Source: an uncultured Actinomycetota bacterium (GTDB lineage Bacteria > Actinomycetota > Actinomycetes > Streptosporangiales > Streptosporangiaceae). Taken from it: a stretch of 64,000 nucleotides of DNA. This document shows, one piece after another, positions 25,199 through 33,943 of this stretch. The DNA lies in the NCBI GenBank assembly GCA_963792725.1, contig CAWBXJ010000001.1, positions 830,937 to 894,936 of the forward strand, read 5' to 3'. The notes under the pieces are model-generated. The model worked only from the letters and a program-made list of their open reading frames with translations. It made no database searches and had not been told where the DNA came from. Numbering within the stretch: the stretch's first letter is position 1; every line of letters begins with the position of its first letter. A program made the position numbers and the translations under genes.

Positions 25199-26719
25199 GT
25201 GACAGGCAATGGCCCGGACGGCAGTCAGCATGCCGTCAACGGCGTCGGCCAGGCCGGCTTCGTCGCCCGGCATGGCCTCTACACCTCCGGGCAGGCCGCC
25301 GCGGCCGAGGCGGTCGCCAGCGAGATCCGCGGCCGTGGCTTGCGCACCGTCCGGCTGGTCGTCGTGGATCAGCACGGCGTGCCGCGCGCTAAGGCGCTGT
25401 CGCCGGACGTCGCGATCGCCGCCCTGTCCAGCGGCCTCGACTTCTCCGGTGCCATCTACAGCCTCGATACCGGCAACCAGGTGTTCGTGCCGGCCTTCGC
25501 CCCCGGCGGCGGATTCGGCATCGAGGAGTTCACCGGCTTTCCTGACGTCATGCTGGTACCGGACCCCTCGTCGTTCCGCATCCTGCCGTGGGCCGACCGG
25601 ACCGGCTGGATGCTATGCGACGTCTACTTCTCCAACGGGCAGCCGATGCCGCTGGACGGTCGCGGGCTCATGCGGCGGGCGCTCGCCGAGCTCGCCGACG
25701 CCGGGTACGACTACCTGGCCGGCATCGAGGTCGAGTACTACATCGTCAAGGTTGACTCCGACCACCTCACGCCGGAGAACGCAGGCGTCGTAGCACCACC
25801 GCCGCCGGTCAGTGTCTTCGAGCGCGGTTACCAGTACTTGTCGGAGGTCCGGCTCGACAGCGTGACCAGTACCCTCGAGGTGCTCCGCGATGGCCTGGCG
25901 GCCGTCGGCCTGCCGCCCCGCTCGATGGAAGACGAGTGGGGACCAGGCCAGATGGAGTTCAGCTTCAGCCCGATCAGCGGACTGGCAGCTGCCGACGCGG
26001 TCGTCCTCTTCCGTTCCGCAGTCAAGCAGATGTGCCAGCGCCGCGGCCTTCTCGCCACATTCATGTGTCGTCCGGCACTCCCGAACTTCTTCTCCTCCGG
26101 CTGGCATCTGCACCAGTCGCTGCTGACCCGGCCGGACGGGCGCAACGAGTTCGCCTGCGCTGACGACTTCCTCTCCGCGACCGGCCGCCAGTTCGTCGCC
26201 GGCCTCCTGGACCACGCGCTGCCCATGAGCCTGTTCGCGGCGCCTACCGTCAACGGGTACAAGCGATTCCGGCCGTATTCGTTCGCACCCGACCGGGTGT
26301 GCTGGGCACTGGAGAACCGCGGGGCGCTCGTTCGGGTCCAGGGTGCGCCTGGCGACGCCAACAGCCATGTGGAAATGCGGATAGGCGAGCCGGCTGCCAA
26401 CCCGTACCTGTACATGGCAGCGAACATCGCCGCCGGGCTCGATGGCATCCGCCGCGAGCTCGACCCACCCCCGCCGGTCGAGGCGGACCCGTACGCGAGC
26501 GAGAACACTCGGCTGCCGGCGTCCCTCGCTGACGCGATCGGCGCGCTGCAGCAGGACGGGTTCTTCCGCAAGGCGTTCGGCGACACCCTGGTCGACTACC
26601 TGCTGCAGATGAAGCGATCGGAAGTAGCCCGCTACGAGGCTGCCGTCGCCGAGAATCCGCCACCCGACGGACAGGAAGTCAGTGACTGGGAGATGCGCGA
26701 GTACTTCGAGTTCTACTGA
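25199..26719 (+). CDS. glutamine synthetase-family ligase (gamma-glutamyl-amine synthetase-like)
   Basis: 506 aa. It reads EDEWGPGQMEFSF, SGWHLHQSL, NGYKRF and ENRGALVR, all from the GS catalytic domain. Confidence 0.88.
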   Translation: MTGNGPDGSQHAVNGVGQAGFVARHGLYTSGQAAAAEAVASEIRGRGLRTVRLVVVDQHGVPRAKALSPDVAIAALSSGLDFSGAIYSLDTGNQVFVPAFAPGGGFGIEEFTGFPDVMLVPDPSSFRILPWADRTGWMLCDVYFSNGQPMPLDGRGLMRRALAELADAGYDYLAGIEVEYYIVKVDSDHLTPENAGVVAPPPPVSVFERGYQYLSEVRLDSVTSTLEVLRDGLAAVGLPPRSMEDEWGPGQMEFSFSPISGLAAADAVVLFRSAVKQMCQRRGLLATFMCRPALPNFFSSGWHLHQSLLTRPDGRNEFACADDFLSATGRQFVAGLLDHALPMSLFAAPTVNGYKRFRPYSFAPDRVCWALENRGALVRVQGAPGDANSHVEMRIGEPAANPYLYMAANIAAGLDGIRRELDPPPPVEADPYASENTRLPASLADAIGALQQDGFFRKAFGDTLVDYLLQMKRSEVARYEAAVAENPPPDGQEVSDWEMREYFEFY

Positions 26720-26772
26720 CTTGCCCACCGAGGAGGACGCGATCTCGACTACGCAGCCCCCGGTGGCTAGCC

Positions 26773-27723
26773 ATGCCTGATGTGGTTACGTTCGGCGAGT
26801 CAATGGCGCTGTTCCGCGCGGATCCGGCCGAGCCGCTGCGCACCGCGCGCCGGTTCACCAGGTCGATAGCAGGGGCCGAATCGAACGTCGCGGTCGGCCT
26901 GGCGCGCCTTGGCTGCGGCGTCGGCTGGTTCGGCCGCGTCGGCGATGACCCGCTCGGGCTGGGGATCCTCGATACGCTGCGCGGCGAAGGCGTCGACGTG
27001 AGCCATGCCATCGTCGACGACGCCGCGCCTACGGGCATCTTGGTACGGGACACACATGCCGAGCGCCGCATCGATGTCGTCTATGCCCGACTCAGCTCCG
27101 CCGGAAGCCGGCTATGCAGTTCCGACCTCGACGAGGCCTACCTTCGCTCAGCCCGCGTGCTGCACGTTACCGGTATTACGCCGGCACTGAGCCAGGCCGC
27201 CTACGAGGCGACGGCCGAAGCCATCAGGCTCGCGGCCGACGCCGGCGTGACCGTGTGCTTCGACCCCAACATCCGCCGCCGGCTGTGGCCGGACATGGCC
27301 GCCGCGCAGCACGCGCTGCTCCCGATAGCCGAGCGGTCTCAGATTGTGCTGGCCGGGCATGCGGAAGCGGCCCTGCTGACAGGTCTGGAGACACCGGATG
27401 CGGCAGCGCAGTGGTTTGCCGACCACGGCGTCACGATGGTCGCCATCAAGCTAGGCGCCGACGGGGCACTCGGCGTCTGCAACGGCACGAGCTACCACGG
27501 CGCAGCGCTGTCGGTCCATCCGGCTGACCCGATCGGCGCCGGAGATGCCTTCGATGCCGGCTTCCTGTGCGCGTGGCTGCGCGGTGCGCAAGTGGCCGAG
27601 TGCGTCGACGACGGCAACCTGGCCGCCGGGCTCAGCATTCAGGTCTGCGGCGACATCGAAGGACTGCCGTACTCGCACGAGATGCAGGAGCGGCGCGCCA
27701 ACAACCTCGAGACCAACCGGTAG
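26773..27723 (+). CDS. kdgK: PfkB-family sugar kinase, probable 2-dehydro-3-deoxygluconokinase
   Basis: It reads VVTFGESMALFRA, GAESNVAVGLARLG and DPIGAGDAFDAGFL. An Eda gene lies in the same cluster. Confidence 0.75.
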   Translation: MPDVVTFGESMALFRADPAEPLRTARRFTRSIAGAESNVAVGLARLGCGVGWFGRVGDDPLGLGILDTLRGEGVDVSHAIVDDAAPTGILVRDTHAERRIDVVYARLSSAGSRLCSSDLDEAYLRSARVLHVTGITPALSQAAYEATAEAIRLAADAGVTVCFDPNIRRRLWPDMAAAQHALLPIAERSQIVLAGHAEAALLTGLETPDAAAQWFADHGVTMVAIKLGADGALGVCNGTSYHGAALSVHPADPIGAGDAFDAGFLCAWLRGAQVAECVDDGNLAAGLSIQVCGDIEGLPYSHEMQERRANNLETNR

Positions 27724-27791
27724 CCCCCGCCGGCTGCCAGGAAAGTCTTGACACGGCCCTGGCCCGGGCGGACGCTTTGCGAGGAAAGCAA

Positions 27792-27816
27792 TTCCGTATT
27801 CCGGAACGCCGTTCTG
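27792..27816 (+). promoter_or_regulatory. operator-like TTCCG-N5-CGGAA-N5-TTCTG downstream of a TTGACA (27748-27753), upstream of the permease gene
   Basis: Read from the sequence. The same 5-5-5-5-5 architecture occurs at 31742-31766. Confidence 0.4.
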
Positions 27817-28036
27817 GTGGTGTGCATGACTGAGCCCCCAGCGGCCCGCACGTGCACTGCTCAGGCCTGCGCGGCGGAGGGCCGGCGGGACGTTCTGCTC
27901 ACGGTGGCTCCGCTCGTCCTCAGCCACGGCACCGGCACGCCAGTCAATCCCATCGCAGTGTTCTGAGCAGCGGTCATGTCAGCGCGGCAAGCAGGCGGAA
28001 TCTCGAAGTAGCCCTGGCAACTGGGAGGAAGGCAGC

Positions 28037-29557
28037 ATGTCACTAACCACGAAACCAGGCCCGGTTCACTTGCGCCGGGAGCTGCATGTCTGGGAGGGCA
28101 TCGGGCTGTCGGTGGCCGGCGCCTCGCCCGCACTGGCCATGGCCTTCTCCGGCCCCGGAGTTGCCGCCCTCGTCGGCCGCGCTGCTGCCCTGTCGTTCCT
28201 GTTCGCAGCAGTCACCTGCATCTTCATCGGCTACGCGTTCATGATGCTGGCCAGGAAGTACAACAGCGCCGGAAGTGTCTACGGGTTCGTCGGCGCGTCG
28301 ATAGGACCCCGTTCCGGGTTCTTCGCCGGGTGGGCGATGATGCTGATGTACTTCGTGTTCACGCCGGGCTCCGCGGCCGCCTCGGGGTTTTTCATCGCCG
28401 ACCTGTTCAACGACCTCGGCTGGTGGCACGGCGCCAGTTTCATCTACTTCGCGATCCCGATCACCGTCATCATCTGGCTGACCGCCTCAGGCCTGGCTCG
28501 GCACTCCACGCGCACCCTGCTGTCGATCGAGAGCGTCACCGTCGTGCTGATCCTGGTGCTGATGATCGTCATCCTGGTCAAGGTCGGCTCCGGTCATGGC
28601 ATCAACGGCGGGAAACTGACGCTGGACATCTTCAGCCCGCCTAAGGGCGTCAACGTGCACGCCCTCGTCCTCGGTGCCGTATTCGGGTTCCTGGCATTCA
28701 CCGGATTCGAAGCGGCGGGCGCGCTCGGCGAGGAGACCGTCAACCCCGGCCGGGCAATCCCTCGGGCGATCGGAGTATCGATCCTCGCGGTGGCCGTCTT
28801 CTACGTGGCCTGCATCGCCGTGCAGTCGCTCGGCTTTGGCGCGACCAAGTCAGGGTCGGCTGAATTCGCCGCATCGAGCGGCCCGCTCTTCCAGCTCTCC
28901 AGCATCTACATCAATTCGGTCGTCCGCGACATCATCCTGATTGGCGCGGCATTCAGCGCGTTCGGTGCAGCCGTCAGCGAGGCCATGGCCGGCTCCCGGC
29001 TGGTTTTGGCGCTGTCCAGGGACGGGACCCCGGCCTCGCCGCTGGCCAGGATCTCTATGCCGTCCGGGGCGCCGCGACGTGCGGTCGAACTCATCATCGG
29101 CGTGAACGTCGTATTGCTCCTGATCTTCCAGTTCGTGGGCGTCAGCGGCTTCACCATCTGGCAGTACCTCGGCACGCTCGGAACGCTTTCCATCCTGGTC
29201 GGATACGCCATGGTCTGTATCGCCGCAGCTCGGGCCGCGCTCAACGGTAATTTGCAGATAGCCAGATGGAAGGCCATCGTGCCCATAGTCGCGGCCCTTG
29301 CGGTCGGCTACACGCTGTATAACGAGCTGGTCCCGGCACCAGCCCATCCGTACAACCTCTTTCCCTACATCACGCTGGCCTGGCTTGTCATCGGCGCCGC
29401 TGTCGTCATCTTCGCTCCGCACCTGGCCAAGAGGATGGGCGACGGCCTGACTCGCACCCTCGGGATACCGGAACTGGGGCACCATCATCACGGGCACGGC
29501 GGGGCGGCGGCGCCTGACGTGCCCCCGCTGGCCGAGGACACGCCTCCGGCCGGCTGA
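28037..29557 (+). CDS. APC-superfamily amino-acid permease
   Basis: 506 aa with about 12 TM segments. The N-terminus reads LRRELHVWEGIGLSVAGASPALAMAF. Confidence 0.88.
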   Translation: MSLTTKPGPVHLRRELHVWEGIGLSVAGASPALAMAFSGPGVAALVGRAAALSFLFAAVTCIFIGYAFMMLARKYNSAGSVYGFVGASIGPRSGFFAGWAMMLMYFVFTPGSAAASGFFIADLFNDLGWWHGASFIYFAIPITVIIWLTASGLARHSTRTLLSIESVTVVLILVLMIVILVKVGSGHGINGGKLTLDIFSPPKGVNVHALVLGAVFGFLAFTGFEAAGALGEETVNPGRAIPRAIGVSILAVAVFYVACIAVQSLGFGATKSGSAEFAASSGPLFQLSSIYINSVVRDIILIGAAFSAFGAAVSEAMAGSRLVLALSRDGTPASPLARISMPSGAPRRAVELIIGVNVVLLLIFQFVGVSGFTIWQYLGTLGTLSILVGYAMVCIAAARAALNGNLQIARWKAIVPIVAALAVGYTLYNELVPAPAHPYNLFPYITLAWLVIGAAVVIFAPHLAKRMGDGLTRTLGIPELGHHHHGHGGAAAPDVPPLAEDTPPAG

Positions 29558-29591
29558 GCTGGCCGCTCACACGGCCGCGGACAGGAGCGCC

Positions 29592-30919
29592 ATGGATTCA
29601 GTTCTTCCTGTCAGGCTTCGCGCTGCAGTGAGCGAGCTCGAGCAAAGGCCGGTCACGGTCACTGACAAGGGCTTCGGGCGGCTGGCCTGGTCGGCGGCCG
29701 TGAGCGCGGCGAGCCTCGCACGCAGCCGCCCGTCGCTCTTTGGCGGAGACTTTCTCCTGCCGCTCATGGTGCTGCGCGAATCAGCGCTGGCCGCCAACAT
29801 CACCTCGATGGCGGGCTATTGCGCAGCAGCCGGAGTGCAGCTGGCGCCGCACGGGAAGACCACCATGGCGCCGCAGCTCTTCGCCCGTCAGCTCCAGGCC
29901 GGCGCCTGGGGCATTACGGCCGCCACGATCGGCCAAGTTCAGGTGTTCCGCTCTTTCGGCGTGCAGCGAATCGTGATCGCGAATGAGGTGACCGACCGAG
30001 CCGGCCTCGAGTGGCTGGCCGGCGAGCTAGCTGCCGACCCCGAATTCGACTGCTACTGCTTCGCCGACAGCGTCGCGGGCATCGCACTGCTCGATGACGC
30101 GCTGCGATCGAGTGCCGCCGGGCGCGGTGCGGCCGACGCCGGACCGCGGCTACGGGTCCTCGTCGAGCTCGGCAGGCCCGGCGGCCGGGCCGGCTGCCGC
30201 AGCGTCGACGAGGCAGTCGCGGTAGCCAAGGCGACCGCCGCCGCCCCCGCGCTCCGGCTGGCCGGCGCAGCGGGCTATGAGGGCAGCATCGGCCACGATG
30301 ACGACGACGCGACGCTGGCGGCCATCGCCGAGTTCTGCCGGGATCTCCGCCAGCTGGGCCAGCTGCTGACGGTGTTCCCCGGCTGCGAGGAGGGTTACCT
30401 GCTCAGCGCAGGCGGCAGCGCATTCTTCGATGTTGTCGTCCGAGAGCTCACCGCTCCTGACGATGGCAGTGACGCGCCGACCGTCGTGCTGCGCAGCGGT
30501 GCGTACGTCACCCATGATCATGGCTTTTATGAACGCCTTGCGCCGGGCAGCCGCCGGCGCGGCCCGGGCCTGCCATGGTACCGGCGTTCGAGCTGTGGGC
30601 ACTCGTGCTGTCCAGGCCCGAGCCAGGTCTCGCGATCCTCGGGGCCGGACGCCACCATGTCGCCTTCGACCAGGGCTTGCCGGTCCCGTTGCGGATCCGC
30701 TCGGCAGCGGGGCTGTCTGCCGACCCCGCGGGGATGTACGTGAGTGCTCTAGACGATCAGCATGCCTACCTCCGGCTGCCCGAGGACTCGCCGCTCGCTC
30801 CGGGAGACCTTGTCTGCATGGGCATCTCGCATCCCTGCACCACCTTCGACAAGTGGCGGGTCATCCCTGTGCTGGACGACGACGACCGGGTCATCGATGC
30901 CATCCACACCTTCTTCTGA
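29592..30919 (+). pseudogene. DSD1-type (alanine-racemase-fold) PLP amino-acid deaminase/dehydratase, split by one frameshift
   Basis: ORF 29592..30743 carries the LAPHGKTTMAP lysine motif. The conserved C-terminal domain (ELWALVLSRPEPGLAILGAG...GISHPCTTFDKW) continues in ORF 30575..30919. The frames switch within 30540-30575. Confidence 0.78.
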
Positions 30920-30926
30920 GTCGCCG

Positions 30927-31679
30927 GTGGCCAGCGTGGATCGGGCGCTGCGGATCCTGGGCCTGATCGGCGGGGCGGCCACTGGCCTCTCGCTTGACGA
31001 GCTAGCGACCAGGCTTGGTATCCCTAAGAGCTCGCTGCACCGGATTCTGGCCGCGCTGAAGTTCCGCCGGTTCGTATCCCAGCCGGAGATCGGCGGGGCA
31101 TACTTCCTCGGCACTGAGCTGCTGGCAACGGCGTTCAGATTCCACGACATGCTCGATCTGCGGGCCCTTGTCCATCCGCTGCTGGTGCGGCTCAGCGCCG
31201 AGCTGAACGAGACCATGCACATGGCCATCCTGGACGGGGCCGAAATCGTGTACCAGGACAAGATCGAGGCCACGCATTCGATCAAGCTGTCCTCGGTCAT
31301 CGGCGGCCGGAATCCGGCGCACGCCACCGGCGTCGGCAAGGCACTGCTCGCCTGGACGTATCCAACCGACGAGGCCGTGCGTGCCTGGGCGGCTCAGTGG
31401 GAGCCGCTGCCACGGCCGACGAGGCGGACCGTCCGGTCGGCTGCCCAGCTGGCAGCCGAGCTTGCAAAGGTACGCGCCCAGGGCTTTGCCGTCGATGTAG
31501 AGGAAAACGAGGTCGGCGTGCGCTGCGCAGCCGTGCCGATCTTCCTCGGTAGGCCGACGCCGGCCGCCGCGGTCAGCATCACGGTGCTGGGCTCGCGCGC
31601 CGAAGTGCGCCGCCTGAACGAACTCGGGGAGTACCTGCGCGCCGTGGTAGCCGACTGGTCGAAGGTGCCTGAGCAGTAG
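30927..31679 (+). CDS. IclR-family transcriptional regulator
   Basis: It reads VASVDRALRILGLIGGAATGLSLDELATRLGIPKSSLHRILAAL. The GTG start lies 8 nt after the preceding stop. Confidence 0.85.
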   Translation: MASVDRALRILGLIGGAATGLSLDELATRLGIPKSSLHRILAALKFRRFVSQPEIGGAYFLGTELLATAFRFHDMLDLRALVHPLLVRLSAELNETMHMAILDGAEIVYQDKIEATHSIKLSSVIGGRNPAHATGVGKALLAWTYPTDEAVRAWAAQWEPLPRPTRRTVRSAAQLAAELAKVRAQGFAVDVEENEVGVRCAAVPIFLGRPTPAAAVSITVLGSRAEVRRLNELGEYLRAVVADWSKVPEQ

Positions 31680-31741
31680 CGAGCTGACAGTGTCGTTGAC
31701 AGTGCCGCACCCGGCTGGCAGGCTCCGCGATAAGGACAGCA

Positions 31742-31766
31742 TTCTAGGATGCGGAATGGCCTTCCG
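31742..31766 (+). promoter_or_regulatory. operator-like TTCTA-N5-CGGAA-N5-TTCCG downstream of a TTGACA (31696-31701), upstream of the RidA gene
   Basis: Read from the sequence. CGGAATGGCCTTCCG is a perfect 5-5-5 palindrome. Confidence 0.4.
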
Positions 31767-31779
31767 AGAGGTGGCGCAT

Positions 31780-32172
31780 ATGAGCAAGCGAGCCGTCGGA
31801 GGTACCAGGCCAGGCGGTGCGTACTCCCCCGGCATCCTGGCCGAGGGCCGGTTCATCTACGTGTCCGGGCAGGGGCCGATCAGGAACGGCGTGATCATTG
31901 GCGAGACCGCGGCCGAACAAACGGCGGTCGTGCTCGAGAACGTCGCCGCGGTGCTCGCCGAGGCCGGAGCCGGGCTCGCTGACGTCGTGCGATGCGGCGT
32001 CTTCCTCGCAGACATGGCTGACTTCGCCGCGATGAACGAGGTGTACAGCCGGACGTTTCCGGATCCGTTGCCGGCCAGAACAACTGTCGGCGCCGCCCTG
32101 GCCGGGATGAAGGTCGAGATTGACTGCGTGGCCGTGCTGCCATCGGAGCCGACAGCACCGGCCGAGTCATGA
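31780..32172 (+). CDS. RidA/YjgF-family enamine/imine deaminase
   Basis: It reads GAYSPGILAEGRFIYVSGQGP...ARTTVGAALAGMKVEIDCVA. Confidence 0.85.
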   Translation: MSKRAVGGTRPGGAYSPGILAEGRFIYVSGQGPIRNGVIIGETAAEQTAVVLENVAAVLAEAGAGLADVVRCGVFLADMADFAAMNEVYSRTFPDPLPARTTVGAALAGMKVEIDCVAVLPSEPTAPAES

Positions 32173-32215
32173 TGATCGCTGCAGCTGGCCAGATGACGAA
32201 CGCCTGGCGGATGCG

Positions 32216-33169
32216 GTGCGCGCGCTAGTCTTCACCGCGCCGGGCGAGGTGGAACTGCTCGATGTCGGCGATCCCGACGCCGGTCCGGACGAGACCGTCG
32301 TCAACGTAGCGTCCGTCGGGATCTGCGGCAGCGAACTGCACGGCGTCCGCGATCCGGGCTTCCGCGTTCCTCCCCTCATCATGGGTCATGAGTTCGCCGG
32401 GGTCACCGATGCCGGCGATGCGGTGACCGTCAACCCGATCCTGTCCTGCGGCGATTGCGATCAGTGCAAGCGCGGGAGCCGGCAGCTCTGCCGGGAACGA
32501 GTCATTGTCGGCATCGGCCGGCCCGGCGGATTCGCCGAGCGTGTCGCCGTGCCGACGTCCGCGCTACGCCTGTTGCCAGCATCTCTGAGCTGGGACGCCG
32601 CAGCCATGGCCGAGCCGGCTGCAAGCGCGGTGCACGCCTGGGCCGTGGGTGCGGGCGCGCCAGGGATGCGGGTCGCTGTCCTTGGCTGCGGCGCGATCGG
32701 GCTGCTGTGCCTGCTGACCGCGCTCGCGGACGGGGCGAGCACGGTCGACGTCACGGACCTGTCGGCGGCCAGAACGGAAGTGGCAGGTCGGCTTGGCGCG
32801 TCCCGCACCGAGCCGACCCTCAATGGCGAGTACGACTTGATCATTGATGCGGCGGGGACGGCCGAGACCCATGCACAGTCGGTTCGACACCAGCGGCCGG
32901 GAGGTGTCGCGGTCTGGATCGGCCTGGCCCAGCGGGAGGCCGGATTCGACGCTCAGGCCCTGGTGCGCGCCGAGAAGAAAGTAGTCGGCTCCTTTGCCTA
33001 CACCGACGACGACTTCAGCAAGGCCATGGAGCTACTCAGCGACTGGGACCTGACCTGGACAACTGCGTACCCGCTAGCGGCTGGCGCAGAGGTATTCACC
33101 AGCCTGATGAACGGGGACTCGCAGCCGGTCAAGGCGTTGCTGCATCCGTCCGACGCGCGCCGTACTTAA
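32216..33169 (+). CDS. zinc-dependent alcohol dehydrogenase (MDR family)
   Basis: It starts VRALVFTAPGEVEL and carries GICGSELHG, GHEFAG and the structural-zinc motif CGDCDQCKRG. Confidence 0.85.
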   Translation: MRALVFTAPGEVELLDVGDPDAGPDETVVNVASVGICGSELHGVRDPGFRVPPLIMGHEFAGVTDAGDAVTVNPILSCGDCDQCKRGSRQLCRERVIVGIGRPGGFAERVAVPTSALRLLPASLSWDAAAMAEPAASAVHAWAVGAGAPGMRVAVLGCGAIGLLCLLTALADGASTVDVTDLSAARTEVAGRLGASRTEPTLNGEYDLIIDAAGTAETHAQSVRHQRPGGVAVWIGLAQREAGFDAQALVRAEKKVVGSFAYTDDDFSKAMELLSDWDLTWTTAYPLAAGAEVFTSLMNGDSQPVKALLHPSDARRT

Positions 33170-33247
33170 GGAGCGGGTCGTGCAGAAGCCGCGAGTGGCC
33201 GAGTTAACGTCAGGTCGCTGAGACCCGGACAAGGAGACACAGACGCG

Positions 33248-33871
33248 GTGTACCGCTGGATGACGTGCGCGGCGATCGCTGAAGCGCGTTGCATCGGCAT
33301 CGTCCGCGCTGACAGCCCGGCTGAGGCGACGTCGGTGGGCAAGGCCCTGGTTGCGGGCGGACTCTCTGTCGTCGAGATCGCTTACACGACGCCGAATGCG
33401 TCAGCCGCTATATCGGCGCTGCGCTCGCAGTGCCCAGATGCGGTCGTGGGTGCGGGCACCGTGCTGGACTTGGCGGCGGCGTTCGCGGCAGTCAGCGCCG
33501 GCGCCCAGTTCCTCGTCTCGCCTGTTGTCGCCGAGGACGTGCTCCGAGCCGGCCAGCGCTACGGTGTCGCGGTGATTCCGGGGGCGTGCACTCCGACGGA
33601 GATTAAATCAGCGATGGAACTCGGCGCGGACGCGGTCAAGCTCTTCCCCGCCGACGCGCTCGGCATCGGCTTTATGCGCTCCATCGCGACAGCGATGCCG
33701 CAGGTGCCGTTCGTGCCTACCGGCGGCGTCAGCGCGGACAACGCACTGCGGTGGCTTGAAGCCGGCGCGATGGCCGTGGGTGTCGGGGGTGACCTCACCC
33801 GTGGCGACCCGGCAGGCATTGAGGATCGTGCCCGGCGATTGGCTGCCCTGCTGAGTCGCCGACAGACTTAG
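33248..33871 (+). CDS. eda: KDPG / 4-hydroxy-2-oxoglutarate aldolase
   Basis: It reads IGIVRADS..., VVEIAYTTPNA, GAGTVL, KLFPA and PTGGV, as expected for the Eda family. Confidence 0.82.
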   Translation: MYRWMTCAAIAEARCIGIVRADSPAEATSVGKALVAGGLSVVEIAYTTPNASAAISALRSQCPDAVVGAGTVLDLAAAFAAVSAGAQFLVSPVVAEDVLRAGQRYGVAVIPGACTPTEIKSAMELGADAVKLFPADALGIGFMRSIATAMPQVPFVPTGGVSADNALRWLEAGAMAVGVGGDLTRGDPAGIEDRARRLAALLSRRQT

Positions 33872-33943
33872 CCCTGGCCGAATGCCCCGATGGCGGCGGC
33901 GGGTTCATACCCTTGCGGGTGTCCGGCTGAGCAACCTTCTCGG

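Noticed and set aside
27724-28036. Long 5' region of the APC permease gene as a possible amino-acid riboswitch
   Set aside because: I recognised no conserved riboswitch core (glycine, lysine, SAM, TPP and similar). The region is better explained by a promoter plus the operator-like repeats reported above.
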